A stretch of DNA of 64,000 nt, taken from the NCBI GenBank assembly GCA_023231475.1, contig JALJEE010000451.1, positions 1-64,000 of the forward strand, given 5' to 3'. Under the pieces are notes generated by a model that was not told the DNA's origin, searched no databases, and worked only from the letters and a program-made list of their open reading frames with translations. Positions 23,569-38,410 of this stretch are shown piece after piece. A program made the position numbers and the translations under genes. The DNA comes from Seison nebaliae. Taxonomy: Eukaryota. Each line of letters begins with the position of its first letter. The first letter of the stretch is position 1.

Positions 23569-26500
23569 ATGGCACACTATCCCGATATGGCATATCAGAG
23601 TGCCATGGATCTATTGAAAGTGGAGGAGGAGGATGCGGCGTTAGATAAACTGTTTTATTTCATGTTGCAGAAACGGAAAGTGACTTGGACAGATTCGTAT
23701 GATAAAGTCGTTTCACTTTTCATTGATTTGGGAGTGAAATTGCGACAGAGTCATAAATTGAAAGATGGTTTCCTCCAATTCCGATGGTTGACTCAATATA
23801 ATAATTCGAAAGAATTCATGGCGGCATTGGGACAATATTTGGATAAAGCGGAGAAGCAAGTGGGTGAGATATATCTTCAATTGGGAGTGTCATCTGATAA
23901 TATCGATGATGTGGAAGCAGTGAATACACCGGGAAGTTTATTATGTCTTGCTATCGATAATGCTGTCCATGGGAAAGATAGTGAAATGATGAAGAATTTA
24001 AGAGTAAAAAGGAAGGATAAAGATGATTTGGCTCCATGGTTAAGATTCTTATGGGAATCATATAAGAATTGTATGGAATTAGTGAAATGTAATTTTCGTT
24101 TTGAATCATTATATAAACTGATTGTTGAACGAACAATGTGTTTTTGTTATCAATATCAGCGTCGTACAGAATTCAGAAAATTGACAGAGATTCTTCGAAA
24201 TCATTATTCGCAATGTGAGAAGGCGTTTGATGCGAAGAAACCGTTCGCACCGAAAATGAATTCTTTCACTACTCAAAAATTATTTCTTCATTTAAGATTG
24301 AGTCAATTGGAGAAATCAATTTTAATGGAGAATTGGACTGAAGCACATCGAACGATCGATGTTATATTACAACTTCCTGCATTACTCAAAATTAATCAAT
24401 GTCGTGGTGAACAAGTTCATTTCCTTCGATTACTTGGAATAGTATTTTGGAAAGGTAATTATCATTTGTTCCATGCTCTCACACTCAATGTACTTCTCAA
24501 TCTCTATATTAATGGGAAGAAGACGCAATTAATTAAACAAACGGCAAATCAAGCTGTATTAGCAGCATTGGCTATTCCCATCGTTAATTCAGGTGGAGAG
24601 TTACATGTGCACAATTATGAATTGGATGCATTAGTTCAATCAATGACATCATCATATCATGAACTTCATTTGAAATTAGCATCGATGCTCGATTGGAATA
24701 ATGAATCGCCGATTAAAACGAGAAATAATTTATTGAAGGAATATCAGGAAAGTGGAATTCTAAAGGAGAAATGTGATATTGAAATTCAAAATTTATTCGT
24801 TTTATTACAAGAAGATTTCTCACCATTTTCTCTTTGCGAGAAGATTACAGAGATTTGTAATAAAATTTATTTGAAAGAGAATAAATCGAAAGATGTGAAA
24901 TTGGAGGAGATGAATTATACGGAAGATGCTTTTTATTCGAAGAAACCAGTTGCGAAGTATGTACAGGATATGCAGTTAGATGATTACATACCTCTCATTG
25001 AACAAGCATCTGTCACTCGATTAATGAAACAATTGTCACAAGTATTCCATTCTATGTCATTAGAACGATTCCGTTCATTATTACCGAAACGTATTGAACC
25101 CAATGAAATTTTCATTGAAAAATTAATCATTCAATCGGCGAAGGAATGTAATATTGAATTGAAGATTGATCATTTGAAAGCTCGTCTAGTTTTCGATGCA
25201 GCTAATTATACGAAATTAGCACCTGATCCAGTGAAGGATGTTGAAGATTTGTTCATTTTCGATGAGAAGGATCACAAAAAACAATATCTTCAACCGACAG
25301 CTGCCGAAGAGATGCAATTGAGACTTATTAACGCCGCTTCGATATTGGATGATGTCGTTCAAAATTTAAAATTAGATAAAAAGAAGGAACATGAGAGAGA
25401 GATTAGATCTCTCTTCCAAATTGAACGTTATTATAACAAAGATATTAATCGACGTATAGAAAAGCGAACAGTTTTGACAGAAGAGCGAAAGAAATATTTG
25501 GAGAATATGAAGATTGAAAAAGAGATTCAAAAACAAAAAGCAGAAGAACGAGAGAAGAAACAGTTCGAAGAAAAGAAGAAAGAAGAACATCAGAATCGGC
25601 AGATACGACAAAATCAATTGAAAGATCAAGAAATGAAGAAATCGAATGATGCAGAGATTGAAACGGTAAGAAATCGTATAATAAATTTCTTAGAGAATTT
25701 TAATGCGGCAAATCGAGATGAATTGGAAGATGTTTCATTGGATGATCTTCAAGAAATGGCATCGGCAATTTATGAGAAACAACGACAACGATTAAGAGAT
25801 CGAATGGAGAAGTATAAACATCAATCAAAACGTATCGATCATATAATTCGAGCTTTCCATGAAACGGAAGTTCCTCTCCTCGAGATATATAGTGAGGAGA
25901 AATTGAAACAGAATGAAATTGATTGGAATAAGGACGAGATGGAACGTGTCCAAATGTTGAAGAAGAAAGAAGATATGAGGAGAGAACTCTCTCAAATTAT
26001 TAAGATTATGAAACCAGATGTGGATGAATTGAGAGAAGAATTACAACCAGCATGTGACGAAGAATATAAAATAAAGTTTAATGAATGGGAAAGGAAGTTG
26101 GAGGATGATAAAGAGGAAGCGATGAAGAAATTATATTTGGAGAAAGCACAACAAGAGAAGGACACGGCTGACAAAGATCGACGATTACGATTACGTGATA
26201 GACAATTGAATGATTCTAATTCACAAACTTATAATCGTCCTGGCGCCTCATCAAGACATCAACAGAATTCTAAAGGTTACAATATGGGACGTACAAATAA
26301 TATGCAACAACCAATGCAACCATTACCAGTTAGTTCAAATTGGAGGAGTACCATGAAAAGTCAAGCGGAGATCGCACAAGAGGAAGCCGCTCGCTCTAAG
26401 ACAATGTACAAGACGTCTGGCAATTACCGAACTGGCTTCAATCGCGAACGTCCGAATAATACGGATCATTATGTCGTTCCAAAATCTTCAACTAATTCCT

Positions 26501-26586
26501 ACAAGCCGATATCATTAGTTAATAAACCGGCGGAAAAAGAGGGTGCTAATCAAGAAGCTTACATACCTCCCAGTCTAAGAAAATAA
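23569..26586 (+). CDS. EIF3A: Eukaryotic translation initiation factor 3 subunit A, intronless
   Basis: LAPWLRFLWESYKNCMEL, FCYQYQRRTEFRKLTEILRNH, a PCI region (LSQVFHSMSL...KIDH) and a coiled coil with KRIDHIIRAFHETEVPLL. Confidence 0.95.
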   Translation: MAHYPDMAYQSAMDLLKVEEEDAALDKLFYFMLQKRKVTWTDSYDKVVSLFIDLGVKLRQSHKLKDGFLQFRWLTQYNNSKEFMAALGQYLDKAEKQVGEIYLQLGVSSDNIDDVEAVNTPGSLLCLAIDNAVHGKDSEMMKNLRVKRKDKDDLAPWLRFLWESYKNCMELVKCNFRFESLYKLIVERTMCFCYQYQRRTEFRKLTEILRNHYSQCEKAFDAKKPFAPKMNSFTTQKLFLHLRLSQLEKSILMENWTEAHRTIDVILQLPALLKINQCRGEQVHFLRLLGIVFWKGNYHLFHALTLNVLLNLYINGKKTQLIKQTANQAVLAALAIPIVNSGGELHVHNYELDALVQSMTSSYHELHLKLASMLDWNNESPIKTRNNLLKEYQESGILKEKCDIEIQNLFVLLQEDFSPFSLCEKITEICNKIYLKENKSKDVKLEEMNYTEDAFYSKKPVAKYVQDMQLDDYIPLIEQASVTRLMKQLSQVFHSMSLERFRSLLPKRIEPNEIFIEKLIIQSAKECNIELKIDHLKARLVFDAANYTKLAPDPVKDVEDLFIFDEKDHKKQYLQPTAAEEMQLRLINAASILDDVVQNLKLDKKKEHEREIRSLFQIERYYNKDINRRIEKRTVLTEERKKYLENMKIEKEIQKQKAEEREKKQFEEKKKEEHQNRQIRQNQLKDQEMKKSNDAEIETVRNRIINFLENFNAANRDELEDVSLDDLQEMASAIYEKQRQRLRDRMEKYKHQSKRIDHIIRAFHETEVPLLEIYSEEKLKQNEIDWNKDEMERVQMLKKKEDMRRELSQIIKIMKPDVDELREELQPACDEEYKIKFNEWERKLEDDKEEAMKKLYLEKAQQEKDTADKDRRLRLRDRQLNDSNSQTYNRPGASSRHQQNSKGYNMGRTNNMQQPMQPLPVSSNWRSTMKSQAEIAQEEAARSKTMYKTSGNYRTGFNRERPNNTDHYVVPKSSTNSYKPISLVNKPAEKEGANQEAYIPPSLRK

Positions 26587-27653
26587 GTTATTCATTTAAT
26601 TCGATTGAGAAAGTTAACAAATATAATTTTAATATAATTTTAATATAATTTACTTCTTTATTATATTATAGATATAATCAATAAACTCATCATTACCTTC
26701 TTCTTTTTTTTCCTATTCACAACAATTCTTTTTCAGTTGATTCTACTAATAATTTCAATAAATCTCTTTTATCATCTTCCATTCATTATTGGGTTGATTA
26801 GATTAATTGACCATGATTTGAAAGTATTAGGGAAATTAGAATAAAATTTAATACCAAATGAATGATATTCTTGGAAATTTACTTCAAACTCTACTGTGTT
26901 ACTTTGAACTTAAAAAAAAGAACACTGCTAAAATTTTATTCAATCACTTCACATGTAATTATTTTTTATATTATTTAATATATATTAAATATTAACATTT
27001 TTATATTTATTTATATTTTCTTTTATTATATTTGGTAAAATTTAAATATTGGTCTATTGAAAATTAGGAAAAGCGAAGTAACCAGAAATATAATATTAAA
27101 GTAACGTTTAGTGGTTGGAAATAAACAGGTGATATTTGACGATAGATGAATTATTATCATGGATGAACCAAAATTATTCATCATGTTTTTAACATCAATT
27201 ATTGATGATCGAATGATTAGTTTATATTGCTTTATAATTTCATTAGTTTATTCAGTTCATGATCGATTAAAATGAGCGTTAAAATACACTCCATAGCATG
27301 ACGAAATAATATGAGACGTCTATAATTGGACGTTAATCGACAAGTGTCTACAATTAATACTCTAAATGCGGTAGTGGTCTGAAATTGTTCAATTGTCATA
27401 TTTACCTTACAGATATTAGAGAAAGAAAAATGTTATATTATTAGAATAATGATAATTTTTTTTAAAATTTTATTGTTAAATAAAATAATTGAAGATTCTC
27501 CGGTTGTGCATAGAAAAGAGGAATATTATTGTTGTAAAAAAGATTTTCCATTTTGTCACTTATTTAGTGTAACCAAAATTGTTGTATAATGGTTAAAAGA
27601 ATTCATTGAATGCTGAATTATTTTCAATAATAAAAGAATAGTTTTTCAATATT

Positions 27654-28925
27654 TCACGATACTTTCCGATAAGTAATTTTATAGTGATGTTTGGTATATT
27701 TAATTAACGATATGTGACTAGTCTTGCTAAAAGTTCGAGCGATTGATTGGAGTTTCCAATAGTTAGACGGTTGTATTGCCTTCAAATAAGCAATTTGTAA
27801 TATTTTCGAAATAATGAAATTGCCGTTACGCCAAATTTCGACAAACGATCGATTGAATGTTGTGGAATTGTTAAAAGATTTTGAATCTGCATTCGAATAG
27901 ACGAGACTCTTTTTCAAGGTGGATGGAGCAGATGGATTATTTCCGTTCGATTCATATTTTGTGGATGAAGAAGATGTTCGTTTTCTATGTACTTCTTGTA
28001 TAAAGCGACGGAATCTCCCATCTTCATAATCATAGTGATCAGAGGGGAGTATGTCGTACCGATTCATAATACTTACATACGACGGTAGACAGAAAGTGTT
28101 AACGAAGAAATTTTCACATAAACTTGTTGAGTATGGATTAGGTAAATAGTAATAAGCTTCTTTAATACTTTCATTGGTCGTTTCCGCAATGCTGGCTAAA
28201 TATGTATGTAGAATACAAAGGAAGAGAACTATAACACCACTGATGCCGGTGAGTGCGAGATTGATGAATGATGGAATCGAGAGAATTATCCACTTTTTTG
28301 TGTCGTTCGATTCCAATTTCCGTTTTCTAATACATAAAACCGCAATGACTATACACCAACTGCATTGTATGATTGTGTGACAGAGGAAGGTAAAGAAGAA
28401 TTTATAGTTTCTTTTTCCAATACAATTGCCGGTCCACGGACAATGATGGTCAAACTTCTCCACACAATTATTACACGTACTACAATGACTAGTTCGTGGC
28501 GGCCTAAAATGTCGACACGTATTACAATATTTGATAGTTATTGGTGTGTCATTGACGTGAAGTATTTTCGAATTGAATCCATCTTTCGCCAATCCATCCA
28601 ATCTCATACTCATTTGATTATCCAGCACACAATTAATCGTTTCTTCACCATCACCGCGACCAATAATTCCCGGATCCGAACATGATGTCAACAAGTAACT
28701 GGATAACGTACTAATCATCAGTAAACCAGCAATAATTACAAGTACGTAATTTTGGTAGACTAACCAAATATCCAGAATGTTTAAAGCTGTTCCTCCCATG
28801 ATGGTAATCGTCACACCAATAACCATCATGTGATTGGGACCTGTGGCACAATGTCCTCGACAAAGAAATCTGGTTTTTGACGGATATATTGAATATCGAA
28901 ATACTTCATCGTTTATACTCTCCAT
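27654..28925 (-). CDS. DHHC palmitoyltransferase (ZDHHC9/14/18, Erf2-like group); 3' end may involve further splicing
   Basis: SDPGII, KYCNTCRHFRPPRTSHCSTCNNCVEKFDHHCPWTGNCIGKRNY, TTNE and NPY motifs, with four hydrophobic segments. Confidence 0.92.
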   Translation of the reverse strand: MESINDEVFRYSIYPSKTRFLCRGHCATGPNHMMVIGVTITIMGGTALNILDIWLVYQNYVLVIIAGLLMISTLSSYLLTSCSDPGIIGRGDGEETINCVLDNQMSMRLDGLAKDGFNSKILHVNDTPITIKYCNTCRHFRPPRTSHCSTCNNCVEKFDHHCPWTGNCIGKRNYKFFFTFLCHTIIQCSWCIVIAVLCIRKRKLESNDTKKWIILSIPSFINLALTGISGVIVLFLCILHTYLASIAETTNESIKEAYYYLPNPYSTSLCENFFVNTFCLPSYVSIMNRYDILPSDHYDYEDGRFRRFIQEVHRKRTSSSSTKYESNGNNPSAPSTLKKSLVYSNADSKSFNNSTTFNRSFVEIWRNGNFIISKILQIAYLKAIQPSNYWKLQSIARTFSKTSHISLIKYTKHHYKITYRKVS

Positions 28926-29779
28926 TCGTTTGAAGGTTTTCTTTAAAAATTTTAGTTTCCTTTATACATTTCTTTCTTATTTCAATTGGATTCGTCAAAT
29001 ATTCCAATTCTTCATTGTACAAATTTCAATTCAATAACTTATTCGGAACAATATATTGTTTAACAATCTTCATTTTAATGAAAAGTTATTACTATTATTA
29101 ACTTCTTTCCATCTCTAACGGAATATTCTCTTATCTTCATTTAGTTATTCGTCTCAATAGACAGAATTCTTAACTGAAATTTAATTAGCTTGATTTTGTC
29201 TTCCTAATACCTAATACCTAATTATTTCCCAATGAATTAATATAAAATAATAAAATTTTCTATGATTCGTATGATATCTCGACGGTAATTTTAAATAAAT
29301 AATAATAATAAAAATCTTAAATCTAATCAACTTAATCAATTAAGACTAATGGTGATATTTGAGAATGATTCATTTCGGAATTGCAACAAATTTCTCTCAA
29401 TCATTGATTGAATCTATTTATATACATCAATTATAGTTCCAATATACGTATCTCTCTTTGTCTATTGTTTTCATATTCCACTTCCCAATTTTTCATTAAT
29501 GAATAATTTTAAGATTCTGATTCACTTCTAGATCATATCTAAATAAATAAAACTAATTTCTTCTAGATAACGTTATTCGAAATGGGAATCTAATAATATT
29601 TAAGAAAATTTATTATATTATCTTTATAAAATCTTATTAAATAATTATATAATAAAAAAAAATATTATTTTACATTTTTACTGATTCAAATCTACTAAAT
29701 GGCTTCCGCCAACTCCTCAATTACCAATCCTCATGATGTTGATCTTCATTCACATTTTATCTACTAATCGAGATACAAC

Positions 29780-30205
29780 TTTTTTTGCCAACATGTATGG
29801 AGTGAGTAAAAATGAGCAAGGGTATGAGTAAAGATGTATGGAACTACTCACTTCATACATCAATGTTCTATAACCTATATCTTCATTGTAACGATGCTAT
29901 TGTCAGAGATTCCTTATTCCAACATATCATCGAAACTTCCTTCTTTTTCATTATTGCTGCAGATTTTAATATTTATTTCGATCGAAACTCGCCGTGTCTA
30001 AAACTATTAAAGCTATTCCACTCCGTCTCTCACTCATGGTGTGTAGACCGCGACATCCTTCGAGTTGATATCTCCTCATTTATCTCTTATTTCGGAACTT
30101 GGTGGATCGATCACATCATCGTGTCTTCCTCACTAAAGACTGGCGTAATAAGATATTCTCTCCTTCATGACTATATTCCTTCTTCTGTCTCTGATCATCT
30201 CGAAT
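29780..30205 (+). mobile_element. Degenerate AP-endonuclease fragment of a non-LTR retrotransposon
   Basis: FFANMYG, FIIAADFNI, TWWIDHIIVS and SDH motifs, collinear with the element at 94-1395. Confidence 0.75.
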
Positions 30206-30509
30206 GTATGTTAACGAATGTAAGACAAATTTTATTAAAAAAGGTTCAATGAAATGATTATGGTCCCGTGGAAAAATGAGGAAAATTGAAAATCGTATTA
30301 CAATTTGTTACCATTTTCCGATGAGAAGATATTATGAGCAGAATGAGAAAAGAATAGTTAAGTTCACAAAAGAAGTGTGATGATTTTTGTCTACTTGTCG
30401 ATTAAGGACAAACGGCGAAGAACGAGGAACATATGTCAATCAAAATTTTGTTAATTTCTTATCACAAACACAATTTAAAATGTAATTAATTATGAAGCGT
30501 TATTTTTCC

Positions 30510-31012
30510 TTAGTTCAGGAATTTCAATAATCCAATTCCGAAGAAGATTAAGAGAGCACTTGCTCGCATATAAGCCGACGAGTTGCAAAGAGCAGTCTCG
30601 CAAGATTTAACCTGTGTCCAACCATCTAGTTTATCTGCCGCTGGATCTGCGGCAAGACATGTTCGGACGATGTCCTCGAGTTTAGAGAAAATCTGCATAT
30701 ATGACAATGAAGATGAGAAATATTGAGTATAAAGATAACGTAGCATTTCTTATCGCCAGTGCAATCCGTTGGCGTTATATCGGTCAATGTAGCTTTGCAT
30801 GCTGCCATTTCGTCGTAAGCATCTCCAACAGTCGCAAATCCTGCTACGTCGTCTTTGGCGACTGTTGTACATTCGTAACATTTTATAGTTTCTGCTGAAA
30901 TTTGTTCAGTCTCAGATAAGATCACTATTTAATATAAATGAAATAATTATTAAAGAAAAGAGGATAAAGGCGAACGGAAAGCGATCGTTAAAATTGTTGC
31001 GATGATTTTCAT
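30510..31012 (-). CDS. Ly6/uPAR (three-finger, quiver-like) GPI-anchored protein, 3 exons
   Basis: Signal peptide MKIIATILTIAFLIL; introns 30975-30925 and 30739-30693; KCYEC at the start, eight Cys, CETALCN at the end, then a hydrophobic GPI-type tail. Confidence 0.8.
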
Positions 31013-31725
31013 GGTATAAGAGATTTAGAGTTATTATAAAACGTGAAATGATTCTCGACTAAAAAATTCAGAATGTAACTAAAATAAGTAATTGGTGAAT
31101 TGAAGACGACCGAATATATAGTACTCTCATGGTTGTTAAGGTGAAAGAATTGATTAGTGAAAATAGTTAGATTTAACATGCGGCCAACATATTCTGTAAG
31201 AGACAGAAGGAACATCGATTATCAATAAATCGAAATTGGAACATTCCTCTCTTTTGTTGTTAGGAAGCAGAAAACATCTTTCAAAACTATATGGGACATC
31301 GACGAACGACCTAACAACTTAATCAATCGTTTGCTCGAGTCGTAACCTTTTTGAAATATTCGAGGACTCGAACAAATTATTTACTGGATACATCTTCATT
31401 TATGACATCGATTTCCAATCGTTAACTTCCGAGTACCAGCGAGCTATTTGAATTTTTTTCTCTTTCACTCTATATGTCTATATGTTTCAAGTCTCTTTTA
31501 CTGCTTGTCATAATTGCTGCATTTTAATGACAGTTTCTCAAGATATTAGGAGAATTGGACCGCCTAATTATTCTCTAATTATAAGTGGAGTACTAGAGAA
31601 GAATTGGAGCCGACAATCGAAAGTTTGATCATACAAAGTTACTTGAACATAAAGGAAAAATCGATTGACCATCGAACAAATATGCAGCTTCCAATTATTA
31701 ATAAAAATTTCCATTTACTTTAATT

Positions 31726-32934
<1,209 letters not shown>

Positions 32935-34671
32935 ATAAGATTTCTTATGATTCTTCCCGATTCCTTCCAAAGAAATGGTCGTCCATTATCCATTTCTTTC
33001 CTTTTCATCAGAATTTTTCTTGGAAAGAAATAAATGAATTTACGATTTTTAATATTGTCATCACTATAGTTATACCATATTTAATTTTACATTTAACAAC
33101 AAAACTATATTCTCGTTAGATAATATAAATTGTATTAATCTCCTACTTTAGATATTTTTAATGTAAATTTTATGCATCTACACTAATTATACAAATCGCT
33201 TTCCAATTAATATCCCTTTTAAAAAAAGGTATTGAGAGTATTGTAAAATTGGACTTGTTTTACGAAATTGCTAATAGAATGTTGTCTCTAAACTCAATTA
33301 CCAACCATTTATAATAGCTAAATGAAAAAAGAGGTAAAAAAGAATAGTTAGGCTTAAAACTTTGCCTTTCAATTTTTATACGTATTTACCACATAAGACC
33401 AAATTGTATTGTATTCCCCAAAACTTGTTTTCTGAGTTCTAATTATCGAAATTTCATTGTAAGATTATTAGTTTTAAATCATTCATAAGTCCCATTCTTC
33501 ATAACATATCATACTTCAGTATAATCGGTGGAAAGAACATGGATGAAAAGATATGGTTGAAAGTTGAAGAAGTTAATTTCTAAACTGAAAATCCTAATAT
33601 TTCCTAAAATTTATTTCCTTGGAAATATTAAATTGAATGATTAGTAATCATTGATTACTTAATAGATTCCTTATACCACTGAAAGTAGAGGTCCACCCTA
33701 TCAGTCATTTTAGAACGATTACAGTTGTGAAAACAATAACTTAATTTCGTGATAAGCTGATTATATGCATGACCCAAGGACTGAAAGAAGCGTTATGTAC
33801 ATAAAAATATCGTTTCCAGAGATTGTAATGGAAGAATGAAATTCGTAAAGGACAACAGAACTTAACTTTCATGGGTAGTTCTTAAGCTTAAAGAAACGAT
33901 TTTCGTTTATCGAGTGAAAGAGAAAACGGATCAAAGGTGATGGACGAGACATAGTTGATATCGATAGTAGTTGATATGAGTGTTTCCGTAGACGGAGAGA
34001 ATGATCTAATGTTACAGCGTCAAAATTAAATTATATCTGCATCGACCATGACGGATCGAACGAAACCATTTCCTATGTGGATGTCGTTTAATTTGTGTTC
34101 TGTCTATGTTGGTGTCGATGAACATCATCGATTGATTGCAGAAAAAACTGTTTCTCATGCCTAAGGGATTCATCATAGAGATGACAGAGAAACGAATCTC
34201 GAAATCGTGACGATATAAGTGAAGAGAACGAGATTTAGAACGAAGGGCACGTTTACGAAGTCGAAATGCTCGAAAAGTGAATAAAGAAACATTTAAAAGA
34301 AATGTAATCTTTCCTCAATAAACTTAATGGCTCTAACAGAATGAGGTGTTGCATATTGAGAAACTACTTGTACAATAGTGAGAACAAGGAGACGAGTTAT
34401 CAACATATCAAGGTTATGGATAAAGAGAAAAAGTAGCAGTTCAAGGAGTAAGTATGATAGTCTTGATAAAAAGTGGCCCGTTTTTCCATTGACTTAAGGC
34501 TGGATCAAGCGGAAAGATATGACTCATAATGTTATAGTAATGACGTCATAGCTGATAAATGTTTCGTTAAAATTTTGTATATTGATCATCAATATTTATG
34601 TTTTGCCCGACGCTTTCCCATTTTTCATCATCGCCACAACATGTGTATGTTTATGAATTTGTTAATTTAAA

Positions 34672-36440
34672 ATGAAAGTTAAGAATATAAAACAAGTGAA
34701 TTTATTTCTGCTCATTTTCTGCATATGTTCCTTACTCTACATGTTTAGTCAGACGGAGCATATGCATAAAGGTGGGCAGAACGTTTGCATTTATAAGACG
34801 AGTGAAGATCTTATTCGAGGGTATATTCCCACCGACACCGACGACGGCAAACCAATCATAAGAAACTTGTTGTTGAATCGTCAAATTATTTTCGATCTCG
34901 ATTCTACGGACGATGAGAAGGAAGTCAAGCGAATAATCAACAAACATTTAGAGAAATTGAATACGCTCTGCTATGGAGAACCGACGGACGGTTACGTGCA
35001 ATATACGCCAAGAAAAAAAAATGGACTAGTGACATATCCACTCATTCCTTACAAATATTCGGATGCGAGAGGATGGTATTATGGTCGTTATGGACAGGAG
35101 ATGAAAGATTTTAAGAAGACATTTAAAAGTTTGAAAAATTCAAAGAAAAGAAATTTAACACAGATGAGTTTCGACGACAAGATACATGCATTTCTACATC
35201 ATGAGCTGAAAATTCTAAAACATAATCTCTATCTCAGTCTAACAACCGCCTTCACCACCATATTCCAAAAACATAATATTACTCATTTCCTTCATCAAGG
35301 AACATTAATCGGTGCTTTGCGTCATCATGATTTTATTCCTTGGGATGATGATATCGATATCGTAGCGATTAATGACAAACCATACAAATTCATCGAAGCG
35401 TTGATGGAATTGGTGAAAACGAGGAAGATTCGAGTAACGACAGGTTTCTTCCTTATTCATAGTTCTAATATTTATTTCATCGTATTCTAGGGAGAATTAT
35501 TGAATTTCGAGAAAATTCCATTAGTTCATATTATGAAGGAACGCCATTCAATGCCAATTCATCCATACTCCAACATTTCAATCCACTCAATTTAAATTTT
35601 ACGTCAGAATTAGAAAGAGAAAAGGAGATGTTTAGGAACGGTCGTTTAAATGAAGAATATCCTGTAAGAAATACGACTAAGCCGGTTGCCGTGTATAGTC
35701 AATTGAAAATTTCATTTAATCGTTTCATTCTATCTCCATTACTCAAATTGAAAATTTCTTATGGCTATCATATTGAAACTTCATATTATTCCTATCCTAC
35801 CATCGATTTATGGATCAGTTATCCTCAAGTCAATAGTAAAGATTATACGCTCTTCAATTTCAAAGGTAAATGTGATCAAACTCGAAAAAGACCAGGTCGT
35901 GTACATCGAACGGTAATACATCCTATCGTCTATCGACCGTTTGGTCCAATCTGGTTACCGACACCTAATGATCCCGTTCTATATTTACGATCATGTTCCA
36001 AATCGCAACAACTTTTCGAATTATTATTCACTTGTCAAACATCGAGAGTTCGACATGAGTTTTTTGGCATTTACAAAATTGCTTCATTGTCGTGTGAGTA
36101 TTTCAAGGAATTTTTCCCATTTGTAGAATTCGATACGACTGCCGCTTCCGTACCTTCAAAAATATGGGAATGTTATTACTCACTCTCATTGTATCAAGCG
36201 AATGCATATGCTAAACGATTAACGAAGACTTTTTATAATTTGGAGAAAGCGAAAGCAGAAGTGACAGATTTACGTTTTCGTGAATTGTTATTGGGACATT
36301 CGAGAAATCAGAATGTCAGTTGGAATTATATCAATTACGATTTCACCAACAACACCATACCGATCTTATTGAAGAATTGTGTGGAAACGTTGAAGTTCAA
36401 TGAACAGATTGTACAAAAGGTTCTCTTGAAATTCGGTTAG
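34672..36440 (+). CDS. LicD/fukutin-family nucleotidyltransferase-fold phosphotransferase, type II membrane protein, 2 exons
   Basis: N-terminal TM anchor; GTLIGALRHHDFIPWDDDIDI; YPTIDLW; RPFGPIWLPTPNDP. Intron 35444-35490 joins the two ORFs in frame. Confidence 0.88.
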
Positions 36441-37280
36441 GAATTGCGAAATCGCTTCCCAGTTTCAGGCGATGTTTGTATGGTTGACGTGCCAAACAAA
36501 GAAAAGAAATTATGAATAGAATCATAAAAATCTTTTATTTTCTTTAATGTTTTCGGGGAAGAATCATTTTCGATAATTATGGATTCATAAATTCTTTGCA
36601 TCACTTCCATTTTTTCGTTGTTTTTCTTTTCCATTCGTTCACATAACTCATAACCATCAGTCACAAATCTCACATAAAAATAAAACAAGTGAATCAAATA
36701 TAAGAGTTCTTCAAAAGAACGAAATTGCAGCATTAGTTTGTTTCCCAAAAACGAGTATTGATAAAGAAATAACAAGAGTTTATTGTTGAGAAATTCTTCA
36801 ACCATTTCATAAGAACGACCTTTATAGAAGTATTTCTTCAAATATTTCCCATTCATTTCAATAAGAATTCTTTCAATAATCCCATTAATCGTTTCATCAT
36901 TCGACATGGAAGCGATAGATCGAATGACTTCAAAATTTTCTGCCACAATCAAATCGATGTTATGTTTCACTATATTAATTTCGCAATCGCTTTCCATGAT
37001 AGTCTTCCTGTAGAATTCGTTCGTTTTCCCCACGTTCCCACTATCGAACAAGACGAAGACATCGAAACGTAACAAATCGTCTGCGATATAATAATATTGG
37101 GGTCGTTTCTTCAAATGATCGGTCTCTCTCTCTAATTTCGTCTTCAGTTTTCTATCGAATTGTTTAATAAGGAATTCATAAGGATTCTTGGGCGAGAACT
37201 TTATCAGATTTGATAGTACTTCTTGAACATTCTCATAATTGTTATTTGATAATTTCTGCATTCTTCGTCTACTTTTGATG
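36437..37280 (-). CDS. Uncharacterised protein with possible N-terminal Dpy-30/RIIa-like dimerisation motif
   Basis: About 280-aa ORF. VQEVLSNLIKFSPKNPYEFLIKQF resembles the D/D-domain P..P..fl motif. Start codon uncertain. Confidence 0.55.
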
Positions 37281-37563
37281 ATATAGCTAAACTGTTGCCA
37301 TGACAACCAAACAAAAAATTAAGCTGCCGCTGCAAAAAAATGAGAATGGTAAATTGAACATTATAACAAAATATTTAAATTGGCAATATTTTAAAAAACT
37401 ATTTTTTGTCAGAATACGGTTAAGAATTCTCAAATTAACTTCAAAAATTAAAAGTAAACTTTTTTTCTTTAATTTACTAATGATAAATAATATTACAATT
37501 ATTAACAATGAGAGCAGGATTTAGTAACATAAAAAATTGGTAAAAATTAAAATATAAATCATT

Positions 37564-38410
37564 TCAATTATCTACGAGGATGGGAAATAGTTGTCCTCTT
37601 AACAATTCTAGGAGCATCATAAATTTGAGTTGATAAATTTCTCGATTTCGGAATTTCGTGATGATCTTTCGACTAGCGAATTTGGCATTGAAGAAACTAT
37701 AGAACATACAATTATCATTATCGCTCTGTTGCGATACCGATGGATTGTACAAAGTCACATTTCTAATTGGTTTAAGTTTAGTGTGCTGTATCCTCGCTTT
37801 CAATGAGGCATGCATGGTCATATAATATTCCGCATAATGTTCATCCATTCGAAATGCTTCGCCCAATGATTCGAATGAAATGAGTTTTTCTTTCTTAAAA
37901 TCCAACATATAAAAAGTGAAATGTAATAATTCTTGAGAATTAATCACTCCAAGGAATCGTTTGGGTAAATTGTTAATTAGACGTTTCGCTTTGTAAACCG
38001 CATCTTCACTTTGATCGAAAGGAACATCAATTATCCTTTTGCCTTTCACATAAAATCTGAAAGACATTTATTTATATTGTTGACTTATAGAAATTGTTGG
38101 AGTAATTTTAATTTCCAATTTTATTCTTTAATACTAACAACGTATATACTGCTTCAGTGAAACGAGCAGAGACTTCAAAAGGAATGAAGTCCATCCTTAA
38201 TTCGGGACTTCTCTGTAGCAGATTCCTATACGCCAACCAAATTACCTCCATATCTATTAAATCTTTAATGCCAACGTTGGAGCCAACCGCATCATAATGA
38301 TTCGACCACATTTTGTGCGCCACCATGGGAAATAATAATTTGTACACAACCAAATCGCTGTTCAACATTCTTTTCGGCTGCAACTCTTGTTCTGGTCTTT
38401 CCTTTTCCAA
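37564..38410 (-). CDS. Uncharacterised protein, probably spliced; 5' end uncertain
   Basis: Two adjacent protein-like ORFs (38108-38410 and 37564-38067) can be joined by a GT-AG intron at about 38141-38059. Confidence 0.45.
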
